Assembly: GCA_030040965.1 (NCBI GenBank)
Contig: JASHOT010000280.1
Coordinates: 9,420 to 73,419, forward strand
Source: Candidatus Sulfotelmatobacter sp.
Lineage (GTDB): Bacteria > Acidobacteriota > Terriglobia > Terriglobales > Acidobacteriaceae
Reading direction: 5' to 3'
DNA: 64,000 bases
A program made the position numbers and the translations under genes. Shown here piece after piece: positions 54,235 through 64,000 of the stretch (positions are counted from its first letter, which is position 1; every line of letters starts with the position of its first letter). A model generated the notes under the pieces. It worked only from the letters and a program-made list of their open reading frames with translations, was not told the origin of the DNA and ran no database searches.

Positions 54235-56319
54235 TTATTGTTGCGGCGGCGTAGTGGCCGATGGCAGCTCTTTGCGGGGCGCGACGTAGGGAACGTTCGG
54301 CATCCGCGTGACCTGGCCGCGGGCGGCATCGTCAATGCTGATGTTCTCGTGATCAAGCAGCGTCCCAATAGCGCGATCCAGTTCGATGCGCGATTTTTCA
54401 TAGGCAGCCATGGCCGACAGCAAGGTTGATTCTGCCGTGGCCAGCGCGCTGCGCGTCTGCAAAACCGCTGTCGTCGTCGATGTGCCGAACTGATATTTCT
54501 TCTGCTCGGCATCGAGCGACTGTTTCGCATAGTCCACCGCAGCCTGCGCCGATGCGACGCTGGCGCGATTTTGCTCTACACCAAACTGGGCATTGCGCAC
54601 TTCAATGCTGACGCGGTTCTCCGTCTGCTGCAGCGCCATTTGCAACTGGCGGTATTCAAGTTCGGAGCGGATTTGCGCTGCCTGCGCGGCGCGATTGCGG
54701 ATGGGAATATTCAAGTTCAGGCCGATGCCTTTATCGGGGTTCGTCGAGTTTACCATCTGATTCAGGGTGCTTCCGATGGGAGTGGTCGGAAAGCTGAAGT
54801 CCAGACCGCTCGGACCTCCGGTTGGGCTGGCGCACCCAAACTCGTCCTGTAGCTGGGTAGGGGGATTAGCGCACACCCCAAGGGGATTCTGGGTGCCGCC
54901 GACTCCTGCTCCACCGTAGTAGGCAAATAAGTTTAGGGTCGGAAGCAGTGCGCTGCGAACGGACTTATTGCTCTCCTCCTGACTATTCAGCTGAATACGT
55001 TGCTCGACCAGTTCGGCCCGGTGGCGCAGAGCGTCGTTTACCAGGTCTTCCGTGGGCTGAATCTGCTCGTTTTCCGGGAGTTCCATGGTTGAAGTGGGCA
55101 CCACTTCGGCGGTCGCCAGAATCGGATCGTGCAGTGTGCGGCTCAGCGCATTCTTCATCAATAGCTGCTGCAACTGAAGGTTTGTCTTGGCTACGGTCAG
55201 AGCCTGTTGGTCCGCAGCGACCGTGCTCTGCGCCCGTACGGCTTCAATCGGGGCCAGACTGCCAATTTCCACCTGCTTCTTTGTATCCGAAAGTGTTCGG
55301 TCGGAAAAAGCCAACGACTCTTCTTTCACGCGTTGATTTTCGTATGCGTAGACCAGATCCCAGTACATGTTTTCGATCTGATCGACGGTTGTCGTGACCT
55401 GCAGGCGGAACGCCACATCCGAAAGTTCGCGATTGTTTTTCGCAATACGGATGAAGCGAGTATTGGCGGGCAATCCGAACCCTTGCAGGATGGGTTGGGT
55501 CAACTGAAACTTGAAGTTCGAGTTCAGTGCTGGGCTTACCGCGGAGAAAAAACTGTTGGTAGTTTGCCGTTGGTTATTGAAGCCAACAGAAATGTCCGTG
55601 CCCCAATGAAAAGCCTGGGTGTAAGTAAAACTCACTGTGCCGGTGTTCTGAACCAGGTGCTCAGCAGGCGGGACCCCTTGAAAGATGCTGACTGCCGTCT
55701 CGGAAAGATGATCTTCCTGCAGGGTTCCGGTAATTACCGGGTCAAAGCTGGTGATCTGCGGCCCCAGACCCAACGTCGACTGCACCAATCCCGCGGCGCC
55801 TGCGCCTGCGCCACCAGCGCCCAACGAGGTGCCTCCAGTTCCCGAACCAACCTCAGATCCCAGACCGCCCACGCCACCACCGGGAGTGTTCTGCACGATG
55901 CCGGTATTAACACCGAGCGTGGTCGCGCCCGACTTTGCGCGCAGCACATCCGTATCGGCGATGTTCAGGTTGTAGCGCGCGATTGCAATATCAAGATTGT
56001 TTTCGAGCGCGAGCGCGATGGCGTCGTTCAGCGACAGATAAATCTTGCCGTCATGCATGAGCGAGTCGATGCGCGCTGTGTTCGCCAGATTCGGTGCAGC
56101 CACATGCCGCGGGGTGTACGGTCCAACCGGATTCGGGAAGTGGGAAACCGGCTGAGCGTAGTTGATCACCGGCAGCGGCTTCTGCTGCGATTGCGGGAGG
56201 GGCGCAGAGGGCGCCTCCTGTCCCCAGCACACCATCCCCCAGCACACCATGGCGCAGATCGCAACAACAATGGTACTGCCCAGTTTTCGGCTGTTACCAA
56301 AAAAACGTGCAAATGGCAT
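54235..56319 (-). CDS. TolC-family outer-membrane channel protein, paralog (694 aa)
   Basis: Colinear with 51846-53942, including the Gly-rich insertion. The signal peptide contains a duplicated MVCWG. Confidence 0.8.
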   Translation of the reverse strand: MPFARFFGNSRKLGSTIVVAICAMVCWGMVCWGQEAPSAPLPQSQQKPLPVINYAQPVSHFPNPVGPYTPRHVAAPNLANTARIDSLMHDGKIYLSLNDAIALALENNLDIAIARYNLNIADTDVLRAKSGATTLGVNTGIVQNTPGGGVGGLGSEVGSGTGGTSLGAGGAGAGAAGLVQSTLGLGPQITSFDPVITGTLQEDHLSETAVSIFQGVPPAEHLVQNTGTVSFTYTQAFHWGTDISVGFNNQRQTTNSFFSAVSPALNSNFKFQLTQPILQGFGLPANTRFIRIAKNNRELSDVAFRLQVTTTVDQIENMYWDLVYAYENQRVKEESLAFSDRTLSDTKKQVEIGSLAPIEAVRAQSTVAADQQALTVAKTNLQLQQLLMKNALSRTLHDPILATAEVVPTSTMELPENEQIQPTEDLVNDALRHRAELVEQRIQLNSQEESNKSVRSALLPTLNLFAYYGGAGVGGTQNPLGVCANPPTQLQDEFGCASPTGGPSGLDFSFPTTPIGSTLNQMVNSTNPDKGIGLNLNIPIRNRAAQAAQIRSELEYRQLQMALQQTENRVSIEVRNAQFGVEQNRASVASAQAAVDYAKQSLDAEQKKYQFGTSTTTAVLQTRSALATAESTLLSAMAAYEKSRIELDRAIGTLLDHENISIDDAARGQVTRMPNVPYVAPRKELPSATTPPQQ

Positions 56320-56722
56320 CTACTCTTCTCCCATCGTTCATCAGTGCTAAAAATGAAGAACCTGCAACTAGATCCCTGGGTTACGTTAGACAGGCAAGCT
56401 CGACAAGCGACGACACGCGAACAAACCATGTCCTCAGTGGTTCAATACGCAAACTGCACCGGGAAGGTTCCGGGGAAATCCGACTCGATGACTACTTGAT
56501 CTCCCATTCGTAACGCAGCTTTGATCCATTTTGAGTGTGAGACTTTTCAGTATATCTGACCGCGAACCAGCCCTTCGCGCCCTCGCCGTTAAACTGGTAC
56601 AGTTGCGCGAAGCACTAACTTTTTCATACGAAACAACTTGGAGTTTCTCGATTGGATGAGCATAGCCTAGCCCAGGACTCGAAAGTTCGTGCTCTAATCC
56701 TGATCTGATTGCCCATCGCCAT

Positions 56723-57475
56723 ATGCGCAATCTCAAACTGATTCTTGCATACGACGGCGCCGAGTTTTCGGGCTGGCAAGTGCAGCCCGATGCCGCTACG
56801 GTGCAGGGCACACTTGCCTCAGCCATTGGACGAATTACCGGCGAAAAGGTCTTGCCGCAAGGTTCAGGACGAACCGACGCAGGAGTGCATGCGCTGGCTC
56901 AAGTTGTGACTTTTGTCACGGAGTCGTCGGTCTCCACCGAAAATTTTGTCAAGGCGTTGAATGACATTTTGCCCGCATCCGTGCGCGTGCTGGAAGCGGC
57001 TGAAGCACCGCCGGAATTTCACGCACGCCATTGCGCGCGCGCCAAAACTTACCGTTATCGCATTTACCGCGATGCGATTTGCCCACCCTTTCTCGCGCGC
57101 TACGTCTGGCACTATCCTTACCGGTTGGATGAAAACGCGATGGCGCATGCCGCTGGCTTCGTAATCGGTGAGCACGACTTTACCTCTTTCGCCGCGGTTG
57201 ATCCTGAACGCGGACGCGAGCGCGAGCCGGTTTCAAATGTGAGGGAAATTCTCTCGTCGTCGTGGCTGCGAGACGGGGAGGAGTTGATTTATACGGTTCG
57301 AGGAACGGGATTTTTGCACCACATGGTCCGAAACCTCGTCGGTACCTTCATTCTTGTCGGCAAAGGAACAATGCAGGTTGACGATGTACCTCGCATCCTC
57401 ATGGCCCAAAGCCGCGCGGCCGCCGGGCCCACCGCACCGGCGACCGGTCTGTGCTTAGTAAGCGTCGAATACTAA
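56723..57475 (+). CDS. truA: tRNA pseudouridine(38-40) synthase
   Basis: GSGRTDAGVHA catalytic-Asp motif and TruA-like length and order. Confidence 0.9.
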   Translation: MRNLKLILAYDGAEFSGWQVQPDAATVQGTLASAIGRITGEKVLPQGSGRTDAGVHALAQVVTFVTESSVSTENFVKALNDILPASVRVLEAAEAPPEFHARHCARAKTYRYRIYRDAICPPFLARYVWHYPYRLDENAMAHAAGFVIGEHDFTSFAAVDPERGREREPVSNVREILSSSWLRDGEELIYTVRGTGFLHHMVRNLVGTFILVGKGTMQVDDVPRILMAQSRAAAGPTAPATGLCLVSVEY

Positions 57476-57563
57476 TGTCCGGACAAAAGAAATACTCCAT
57501 TTTGTGATGACGGTGGATCTCGACCGCGCTCTCAGGCAGCAATTCCACGGCTAAGATTCGCTT

Positions 57564-59168
57564 TTGCTATCCTTGCGCGTGCGGCAAATTCATTGGAGCG
57601 CGTGGCTGTTCGTGGTCCTTTCTGCGATTCTGCAGGTGCTCATCTTTCCCCTTCCGGGCGTTTATGTTCTTTCCTGGATAGCCTTAACACCCCTGATTTT
57701 GGCTCTGCTGCGGGCGCGCCCAGCTGGCGAACTCGAGGTCGATGGCGCGGTGCGGTTGCGGCCGACGTCTGCGTGGCAGGGATTTTTGCTCGGCTGTGTG
57801 TGCGGGATTTTGTGGTACGCGGGAACGTGTTACTGGATATTTGACACGATGCGGCTGTATGGCGGGCTGAGCGCGGGCATGGCTGTGCTGGCGCTGTTTC
57901 TTTTCTGCTGCTATCTCGGACTGTATCACGGCGTGTTTGGATTGCTGGTGAGTTTGCTGGCGAGATCGCGAGATTATCGGTGGGCGCTTGTGACGGCTCC
58001 GTTGTTGTGGGTTGCGGTGGAACTGGCGCGCACACGCATCACGGGATTTCCGTGGAATTTGCTGGGCACCGCCCAAGTGGATAATTTTGCACTCTGCCGC
58101 ATTGCAAGCTGGACGGGCGTCTACGGGATTTCGTTTGAGATTGTGCTGGTGAACGTCGCGCTGGCCGCGGCGTTTCTGGTCCCGAAAGAAAAACGCGGCG
58201 CGATGCTGGCAGCAGCATTGGCGGCCGCAGCCGTACTACAGGCGGGGAGATTGGTCGAGGCTCCGGCCGCGAAGGGAGATCGTGCCGCGCTGCTGGTGCA
58301 GCAGAATATTCCAGTGGCGGCGAACTGGGATGCGAATAACTTTCAGCAAACTTTGAAAGAGCTGTTGGATTTGAGCATGAAGAGTGTATCGGCGCAGAAA
58401 GTGGATTTAATCGTGTGGCCGGAATCGCCGGCCCCGTTTTTCACGAACGATGCGCGCTTTCGAGATGCGATCAGCAAGATGGCGCGGCAGACCAACGCAT
58501 GGATTGTCGTGGGAGCGATTGGCGCTACCGGCTCGGAAGCAGCCCTAAACGTGAAGGAGTACAATTCCGCCGCATTGATCAGCCCCAATGGCGATTGGAC
58601 CGGGCGCTACGACAAGGTGCATCTGGTGCCGTTTGGAGAATATTTGCCGTTCCCCAGCCTGTTTGGGTTTGCGGGCGGGCTGACGAAAGAAGTTGGTGAG
58701 TTCGGGCGGGGCGCTTCGCGCAGGCCGCTGGACGCGGGCGGGAGGAAGCTCGGAGTTTTCATCTGCTACGAATCGGTTTTTCCCGATGAAGTAAGGCAGT
58801 TTGCCGACAACGGTGCGCAGGTCTTTGTCAACATTTCCAATGACGGGTGGTACGGCGACAGCGGTGCATACGCGCAGCATTTGAACCAGACGCGCATGCG
58901 TGCGATCGAGAATAATCGCTGGCTGCTGAACGCGACCGATACGGGAGTGACGGCGTCGATCGATCCCGCGGGGAGACTGGTGGCGAAAGCTCCACGCAAG
59001 ATGAGAACGGCGCTGCTGGCGCCATACGGGCTCACTTCGGTAACGACCTTCTACACGCGGCACGGCGACTGGTTCGCGTATGCGTGTGCGATAATTTCTT
59101 TGGGCGCGCTGGTGGCGCGCTTCGTATTTCCTGAAAATCCCAAATCAAAACAAGTGGAAGAAAGCTGA
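57564..59168 (+). CDS. lnt: apolipoprotein N-acyltransferase
   Basis: N-terminal polytopic domain plus a CN-hydrolase domain with VWPESP (Glu) and VFICYES (Cys). Confidence 0.9.
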   Translation: MLSLRVRQIHWSAWLFVVLSAILQVLIFPLPGVYVLSWIALTPLILALLRARPAGELEVDGAVRLRPTSAWQGFLLGCVCGILWYAGTCYWIFDTMRLYGGLSAGMAVLALFLFCCYLGLYHGVFGLLVSLLARSRDYRWALVTAPLLWVAVELARTRITGFPWNLLGTAQVDNFALCRIASWTGVYGISFEIVLVNVALAAAFLVPKEKRGAMLAAALAAAAVLQAGRLVEAPAAKGDRAALLVQQNIPVAANWDANNFQQTLKELLDLSMKSVSAQKVDLIVWPESPAPFFTNDARFRDAISKMARQTNAWIVVGAIGATGSEAALNVKEYNSAALISPNGDWTGRYDKVHLVPFGEYLPFPSLFGFAGGLTKEVGEFGRGASRRPLDAGGRKLGVFICYESVFPDEVRQFADNGAQVFVNISNDGWYGDSGAYAQHLNQTRMRAIENNRWLLNATDTGVTASIDPAGRLVAKAPRKMRTALLAPYGLTSVTTFYTRHGDWFAYACAIISLGALVARFVFPENPKSKQVEES

Positions 59169-59174
59169 AACTTC

Positions 59175-60279
<1,105 letters not shown>

Positions 60280-60287
60280 CTGAAGAC

Positions 60288-60923
60288 ATGGCGAAAAATC
60301 TTCAACCACAGAGGACGCAGAGGGCACAGACACATGTAAAGCTGGGTCCGCGATTTTTTCGCGCGTTGGCGTTTGCGGCGGAGAAGCACAAAGGACAGAC
60401 GCGGAAGGCTTCGTCGATTCCATATCTTGCGCACCTGATGGGAGTTGCGTCGCTGGTACTGGAAGCTGGTGGCGATGAGGATCTGGCGATCGCCGCTTTG
60501 CTGCACGATGTCGTCGAGGACTGCGGCGGTAAGCCAATGCTTAGAGAGGTTCAACGACGATTTGGGGCACGCGTGGCCAAGATGGTGGACGGGTGCACCG
60601 ACGCCTATGGCGAGCCCAAGCCGCCATGGCGCGCACGAAAGGAGAATTACATTCGTCACCTGAAAGAGGCGGATGGGGATACGCGACTGGTTTCCGCTGC
60701 GGATAAACTGAATAATGTGCGGTCGATTCTGAGCGACTACCGTGAAATCGGCGAAGTGATTTGGTCGCGCTTCAACGGCGGGCGCGAAGGAACACTGTGG
60801 TACTACCGGACGCTGCGAGATGAATTTCTGCGGAGCAAGCCCAACCGCATTACGCGCGATCTGGAATTAGCAGTTTGTGATTTGGAGTCATTGACGGAAA
60901 AGCTGCGAGCGATTGAGCAGTGA
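60288..60923 (+). CDS. HD-domain phosphohydrolase (RelA/SpoT-type hydrolase-like, small alarmone hydrolase candidate)
   Basis: FAAEKHKGQTRK...PYLAHLMGVA...ALLHDVVED matches the HD-domain signature of (p)ppGpp hydrolase domains. Confidence 0.7.
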   Translation: MAKNLQPQRTQRAQTHVKLGPRFFRALAFAAEKHKGQTRKASSIPYLAHLMGVASLVLEAGGDEDLAIAALLHDVVEDCGGKPMLREVQRRFGARVAKMVDGCTDAYGEPKPPWRARKENYIRHLKEADGDTRLVSAADKLNNVRSILSDYREIGEVIWSRFNGGREGTLWYYRTLRDEFLRSKPNRITRDLELAVCDLESLTEKLRAIEQ

Positions 60924-62236
60924 GTGGCGAGCAAACGTCGTTCGCACGCTCACAACTCATGGCTCATAACCTAATTATGGCACGCATGATCGATCAAATC
61001 CGGGCTTCGAAGCTGCCTTCGGGCATGATGCAGTTTGCCGCTCGCGGTGCTCTCCAGGTGCCGTCAGCGGAAAATATTGAAATTCTGGTTCATCTCGCAG
61101 TGCACAACAAGGTTTTTGGCGAACTGGCGCGGATGACGCTGGCGGGGTGGGACGAGAAGGCATCGCGGGCGGCGGCGGCCGATCCCCAGACTCCGCCGGA
61201 AGTGCTGAATTACATGATTTCGCCCGATAACCTCCGTCCGGCGCTGCTCCCAGAACTGCTGGAGAATCCATCGCTGCCTCAGGAGCAGATTGTGAAGCTC
61301 GCAGTTTTAGCGGGGCGAGAGACGATTGAGGCGCTGCTGAAGAGCACGCGAGTGCGCTCGCTGAAGACAGTGCTGGAAACGCTGAAAACGAATCCATATC
61401 TGAAAAAAGAGGAAGCGGAGGAGATCAAGCAAGCGTTCGCTCGTGGGGTAAGGCCCGCGCCGCCGGTTGGCGATGCGCTAGCACAGAAGGGTGCTCTGCC
61501 CGGTGCAGCGGAAGGGACAGCGAGCTCGGCCACAGATGTCTCGGTCGAACATGCGGCCGAACACGTCGAGGAAATTGCAGATCCTGAAGGCGACGAGTCG
61601 GTTTCGGTGTATATGACGGAAAACGCGACCGAGATCGCCGCGGAAGGGGAAAAGAAATTCCAGGCGATTGGCGGGATGATCGAGTTGGGATCGGAGTCAA
61701 CGGAAGCCGAGGCGCCGCTGACGGTTGAGCAAAAATCTGCAGTTGCCACGCCGGCAGTTAGCAGTGCAGCGGTTGCGGCGGCGAAAAAACATTCTGCAAA
61801 ACCGGAGCGGATGAATACGCTGCAAAAGATTAATTCGCTCGACGTAAAGGGACGCATTCAGCTGGCGTTGAAGGGAAACAAAGAAGAGCGCTCGATCCTG
61901 ATCCGTGATGGAACCAAGGTGGTTGCGCTGGCGGTGCTGGAAGCACCGAAACTTTCTGATGGAGAAGTAGAGAAGTTTGCCAGCCAGAAAAATGTACTAG
62001 AGGCGGTGTTGCGGCAGATTCCGCTGAAGCGGCGCTTCATGAAGAATTACATTGTGGTGCGCAATCTGGTGGCGAATCCGCGCACACCGCTCGATTTGGG
62101 CTTGGGCCTGATGAAAAATTTGCTGGCGCAGGATTTGAAGAATCTTTCGGCGAATAAGGAAGTTTCGGAAACAATTCGCAAATTGGCGCTCAAGATGTTC
62201 AAGCAGAAGACGGAAGAGGCGAACAAGAAGAAGTAG
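60920..62236 (+). CDS. hypothetical helical-repeat protein with acidic low-complexity centre
   Basis: GTGA overlap with the HD gene. Repeats such as LLPELLENPSLP and NLVANPRTPLDL suggest LRV/HEAT-like repeats. No family recognised. Confidence 0.55.
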   Translation: MSGEQTSFARSQLMAHNLIMARMIDQIRASKLPSGMMQFAARGALQVPSAENIEILVHLAVHNKVFGELARMTLAGWDEKASRAAAADPQTPPEVLNYMISPDNLRPALLPELLENPSLPQEQIVKLAVLAGRETIEALLKSTRVRSLKTVLETLKTNPYLKKEEAEEIKQAFARGVRPAPPVGDALAQKGALPGAAEGTASSATDVSVEHAAEHVEEIADPEGDESVSVYMTENATEIAAEGEKKFQAIGGMIELGSESTEAEAPLTVEQKSAVATPAVSSAAVAAAKKHSAKPERMNTLQKINSLDVKGRIQLALKGNKEERSILIRDGTKVVALAVLEAPKLSDGEVEKFASQKNVLEAVLRQIPLKRRFMKNYIVVRNLVANPRTPLDLGLGLMKNLLAQDLKNLSANKEVSETIRKLALKMFKQKTEEANKKK

Positions 62237-62247
62237 TGCGGCAATCC

Positions 62248-62676
62248 ATGGCGTCCCTGGCGCAACCCGATCCCATTGGCGATTTATTGAAGCGAGCGAA
62301 GACGATTGCTGTGGTCGGGCTGTCTTGCAATCCGTTGCGGGCGAGCTACGGTGTTTCGGCGTATATGCAGCAGCAGGGGTATCGGATTATTCCAGTCAAT
62401 CCGGAGATTAAGGAATGCCTGGGCGAGAAGGCATATGCGTCGCTGCTCGATATTCCTGAGCAAGATGTGCCGGGGAAGATCGATATTGTGAACATCTTTC
62501 GGCGACCGGAATTCGTTGAGGAAGTCGTCGAAGAGGCGATTCAGCTGAAAGTGCCGGCGATCTGGATGCAGGAAGAAGTGATTCACCAGCAGGCAGCAGA
62601 AAAAGCGCGCCGGGCGGGCATTTTCGTAGTAATGGACCGGTGCATTCTGAAGGAACATTGCGCCCGCTTCCGATGA
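62248..62676 (+). CDS. CoA-binding domain protein (YccU/YneT-like)
   Basis: KTIAVVGLSCNPLRASYGV...GYRIIPVNP is a Rossmann-like CoA-binding motif. A GTG at 62236 is an alternative start. Confidence 0.75.
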   Translation: MASLAQPDPIGDLLKRAKTIAVVGLSCNPLRASYGVSAYMQQQGYRIIPVNPEIKECLGEKAYASLLDIPEQDVPGKIDIVNIFRRPEFVEEVVEEAIQLKVPAIWMQEEVIHQQAAEKARRAGIFVVMDRCILKEHCARFR

Positions 62677-62735
62677 CCGGACAATAAAATGACCAACCCA
62701 TGAAATTGTGATACGTTGGCGGCGAAGGAGAAACT

Positions 62736-63854
62736 GTGAGTTCTGATCCTGTTCTGCCGCCGGGCGAGCCAGTTGCAACCTCCTCCACTTCCGAGACGAG
62801 TGAGCCTTTCCAAACGAGCGCAGGGCAGGTTTTGCGGCCTGAGGTCGCTCGGACTCCCAAGCCGTCAACTCTAAAAAAAATCTTTTGGGGCCGAGAAGGA
62901 CTGCGCGCGGGCTGGAGTGCGCTGATCTTCATTGTGATATTTGCCGCACTGCTGGCCACGCCCATTCTGATCATGCTGAAGTTCGTGCATTCCGCCCACC
63001 GCGCGCAAGACATGCAGGTCATCCCACTGAAGCTGGGATACCTGAACGAAGGCCTGTCGGTGTTCGCGGTTCTGCTGGCGACCTGGATCATGGCAAAGAT
63101 CGAGCGGCGCGGGCGCAATTACGGTTATGGCGGCGCCAACAAGTTCAGGCATTTTCTGCGCGGCCTAACGTCAGGCCTGGCGATGATCACGGTGCTGGTG
63201 TTCATTCTTTGGAAGAGCGGTCTGCTGGTGATTGAGGGCCGCTTGATCTTTGGTGGCGATGTCGCTCGATACGGTGGGTTGTGGCTCGGGGGGTTCTGCC
63301 TGGCGGGCGTGTTTGAAGAATCGTTGATGCGCGGGTTTCTTCTGTATACATTGACGCGGGGATTCAGCACGATTTATCAGCGGGCGTTCAAGACACAGCA
63401 CAGCGCGGCGCTGGGATTCTGGACGGCAGCCACGATTCTCTCCATCATCTTTTTTCTCGGCCACACCAGCAATCCGGGAGAATCTCCAGTCGGGTTGCTC
63501 GGTGTGTTTTTAGCGGGAATGTTTTTCTGTTACAGCATATGGCGCAGCGGAGCGATCTGGTGGGCCATCGGGATGCACGCGGCGTGGGATTGGGGACAAT
63601 CGTTTTTGTTTGGTGTAGCCGATAGCGGCCTGATGGCCGAGCATCACCTGCTGGCCACGCATCCACAGGGCACGGCCTTGCTCAGCGGCGGGACGACAGG
63701 ACCGGAGGGCAGCATTTTGGCTCTGGCAGTGCTAGCAGTGGGGACACTCTTGATTCGCTTCACTTTGCCGAAGGGTCAGTACTACGAGGCTCTGCCGCAG
63801 GCGAACCTGCCGGAGACGCACCCGGTGGCGACGACTGCAAGCGTTTCCGCTTGA
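62736..63854 (+). CDS. CPBP-family intramembrane glutamic endopeptidase (CAAX protease-like)
   Basis: FEESLMRGF (EExxxR), FFLGHTSN (FxxxH) and HAAWD motifs. AAGGAG lies 5 nt before the GTG. Confidence 0.8.
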   Translation: MSSDPVLPPGEPVATSSTSETSEPFQTSAGQVLRPEVARTPKPSTLKKIFWGREGLRAGWSALIFIVIFAALLATPILIMLKFVHSAHRAQDMQVIPLKLGYLNEGLSVFAVLLATWIMAKIERRGRNYGYGGANKFRHFLRGLTSGLAMITVLVFILWKSGLLVIEGRLIFGGDVARYGGLWLGGFCLAGVFEESLMRGFLLYTLTRGFSTIYQRAFKTQHSAALGFWTAATILSIIFFLGHTSNPGESPVGLLGVFLAGMFFCYSIWRSGAIWWAIGMHAAWDWGQSFLFGVADSGLMAEHHLLATHPQGTALLSGGTTGPEGSILALAVLAVGTLLIRFTLPKGQYYEALPQANLPETHPVATTASVSA

Positions 63855-64000
63855 TTTCTTCCAACCGCTCACGAATGCGCTTTTCGATGCCTTCATTGGT
63901 CGGCTGGTAGTAGACGCGCCCGCGCAGATTCTCCGGCAGGCACTCCATGTTGGCGACTTTTCCTTCCACGTCATGGGCGTATTGATAGCCCTTCCCGTAG
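63760..64000 (-). CDS. rarA: replication-associated recombination protein A (MgsA/RarA), C-terminal fragment (5' end outside window)
   Basis: ...YQYAHDVEGKVANMECLPENLRGRVYYQPTNEGIEKRIRERLEEI resembles the conserved RarA C-terminus. The frame is open to the window end. Confidence 0.6.
   Translation of the reverse strand, partial: YGKGYQYAHDVEGKVANMECLPENLRGRVYYQPTNEGIEKRIRERLEEIKRKRLQSSPPGASPAGSPAAEPRSTDPSAK

Noticed and set aside
63760-63854. 95-nt convergent overlap between the CPBP protease 3' end and the rarA 3' end.
   Set aside because: Both tails are low-complexity and either stop may be biologically real. No functional signal can be argued from sequence alone.

Overview
64-kb chromosomal segment that looks moderately GC-rich by eye (not computed). 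The gene content suggests Acidobacteriota; this is an inference from an acidobacterial-type VWFA protein and many secreted NHL, FG-GAP, TPR and Ig-like proteins. I saw no rRNA, tRNA, CRISPR array, transposase or integrase.

Gene blocks:
1. 0.4-13.2 kb: a radical-SAM/SPASM enzyme, hemA, two paralogous lipoproteins, and a resB-ccsA-histidine kinase-sigma54 activator operon.
2. 13.6-23.7 kb: a translationally coupled 7-gene operon. It encodes a 16-haem cytochrome, an NHL propeller, a loop-rich tetrahaem cytochrome, a SurA-like prolyl isomerase, a ~614-aa predicted outer-membrane beta-barrel, a second NHL propeller, and an 11(+1)-haem cytochrome. This is the most interesting system here: a candidate extracellular electron-transfer conduit or cytochrome-filament export module.
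3. 24.3-27.8 kb: an 1151-aa protein with 12 NHL blades plus Ig-like domains.
4. 28-43 kb: an envelope modification island. It holds GT-C-like membrane proteins, CcmI/NrfG-like TPR proteins, and a Dlt-like four-part acylation set (adenylating ligase, carrier protein, MBOAT, SGNH protein). It also holds a TMTC-like O-glycosyltransferase, a GT2 and a methyltransferase.
5. 42.9-45 kb: a decaying locus with three adjacent frameshifted genes.
6. 45-56 kb: an acyl-CoA mutase large subunit, an FG-GAP lipoprotein, a HExxH protease flanked by a duplicated gene end, a GT2, a GT-C and two long TolC paralogs.
7. 56.7-64 kb: housekeeping genes truA, lnt, prfB (canonical +1 frameshift site), an HD hydrolase, a CoA-binding protein, a CPBP protease and the rarA 3' end.

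Regulation read directly from the sequence:
- The motif TTGG-N7-CGTGC(A/G), which has sigma-54 -24/-12 geometry, occurs four times. It sits just upstream of hemA, resB, a TPR gene and a secreted-protein/GT-C operon.
- Each of those four copies has a TGT-N10-ACA-type palindrome 120-220 bp further upstream.
- Three of the palindromes in the window are the identical 16-mer TGTGATTTCAATCACA.

Together with the sigma-54 activator encoded in the resB operon, this suggests one regulon coupling haem synthesis, cytochrome c maturation and envelope functions.
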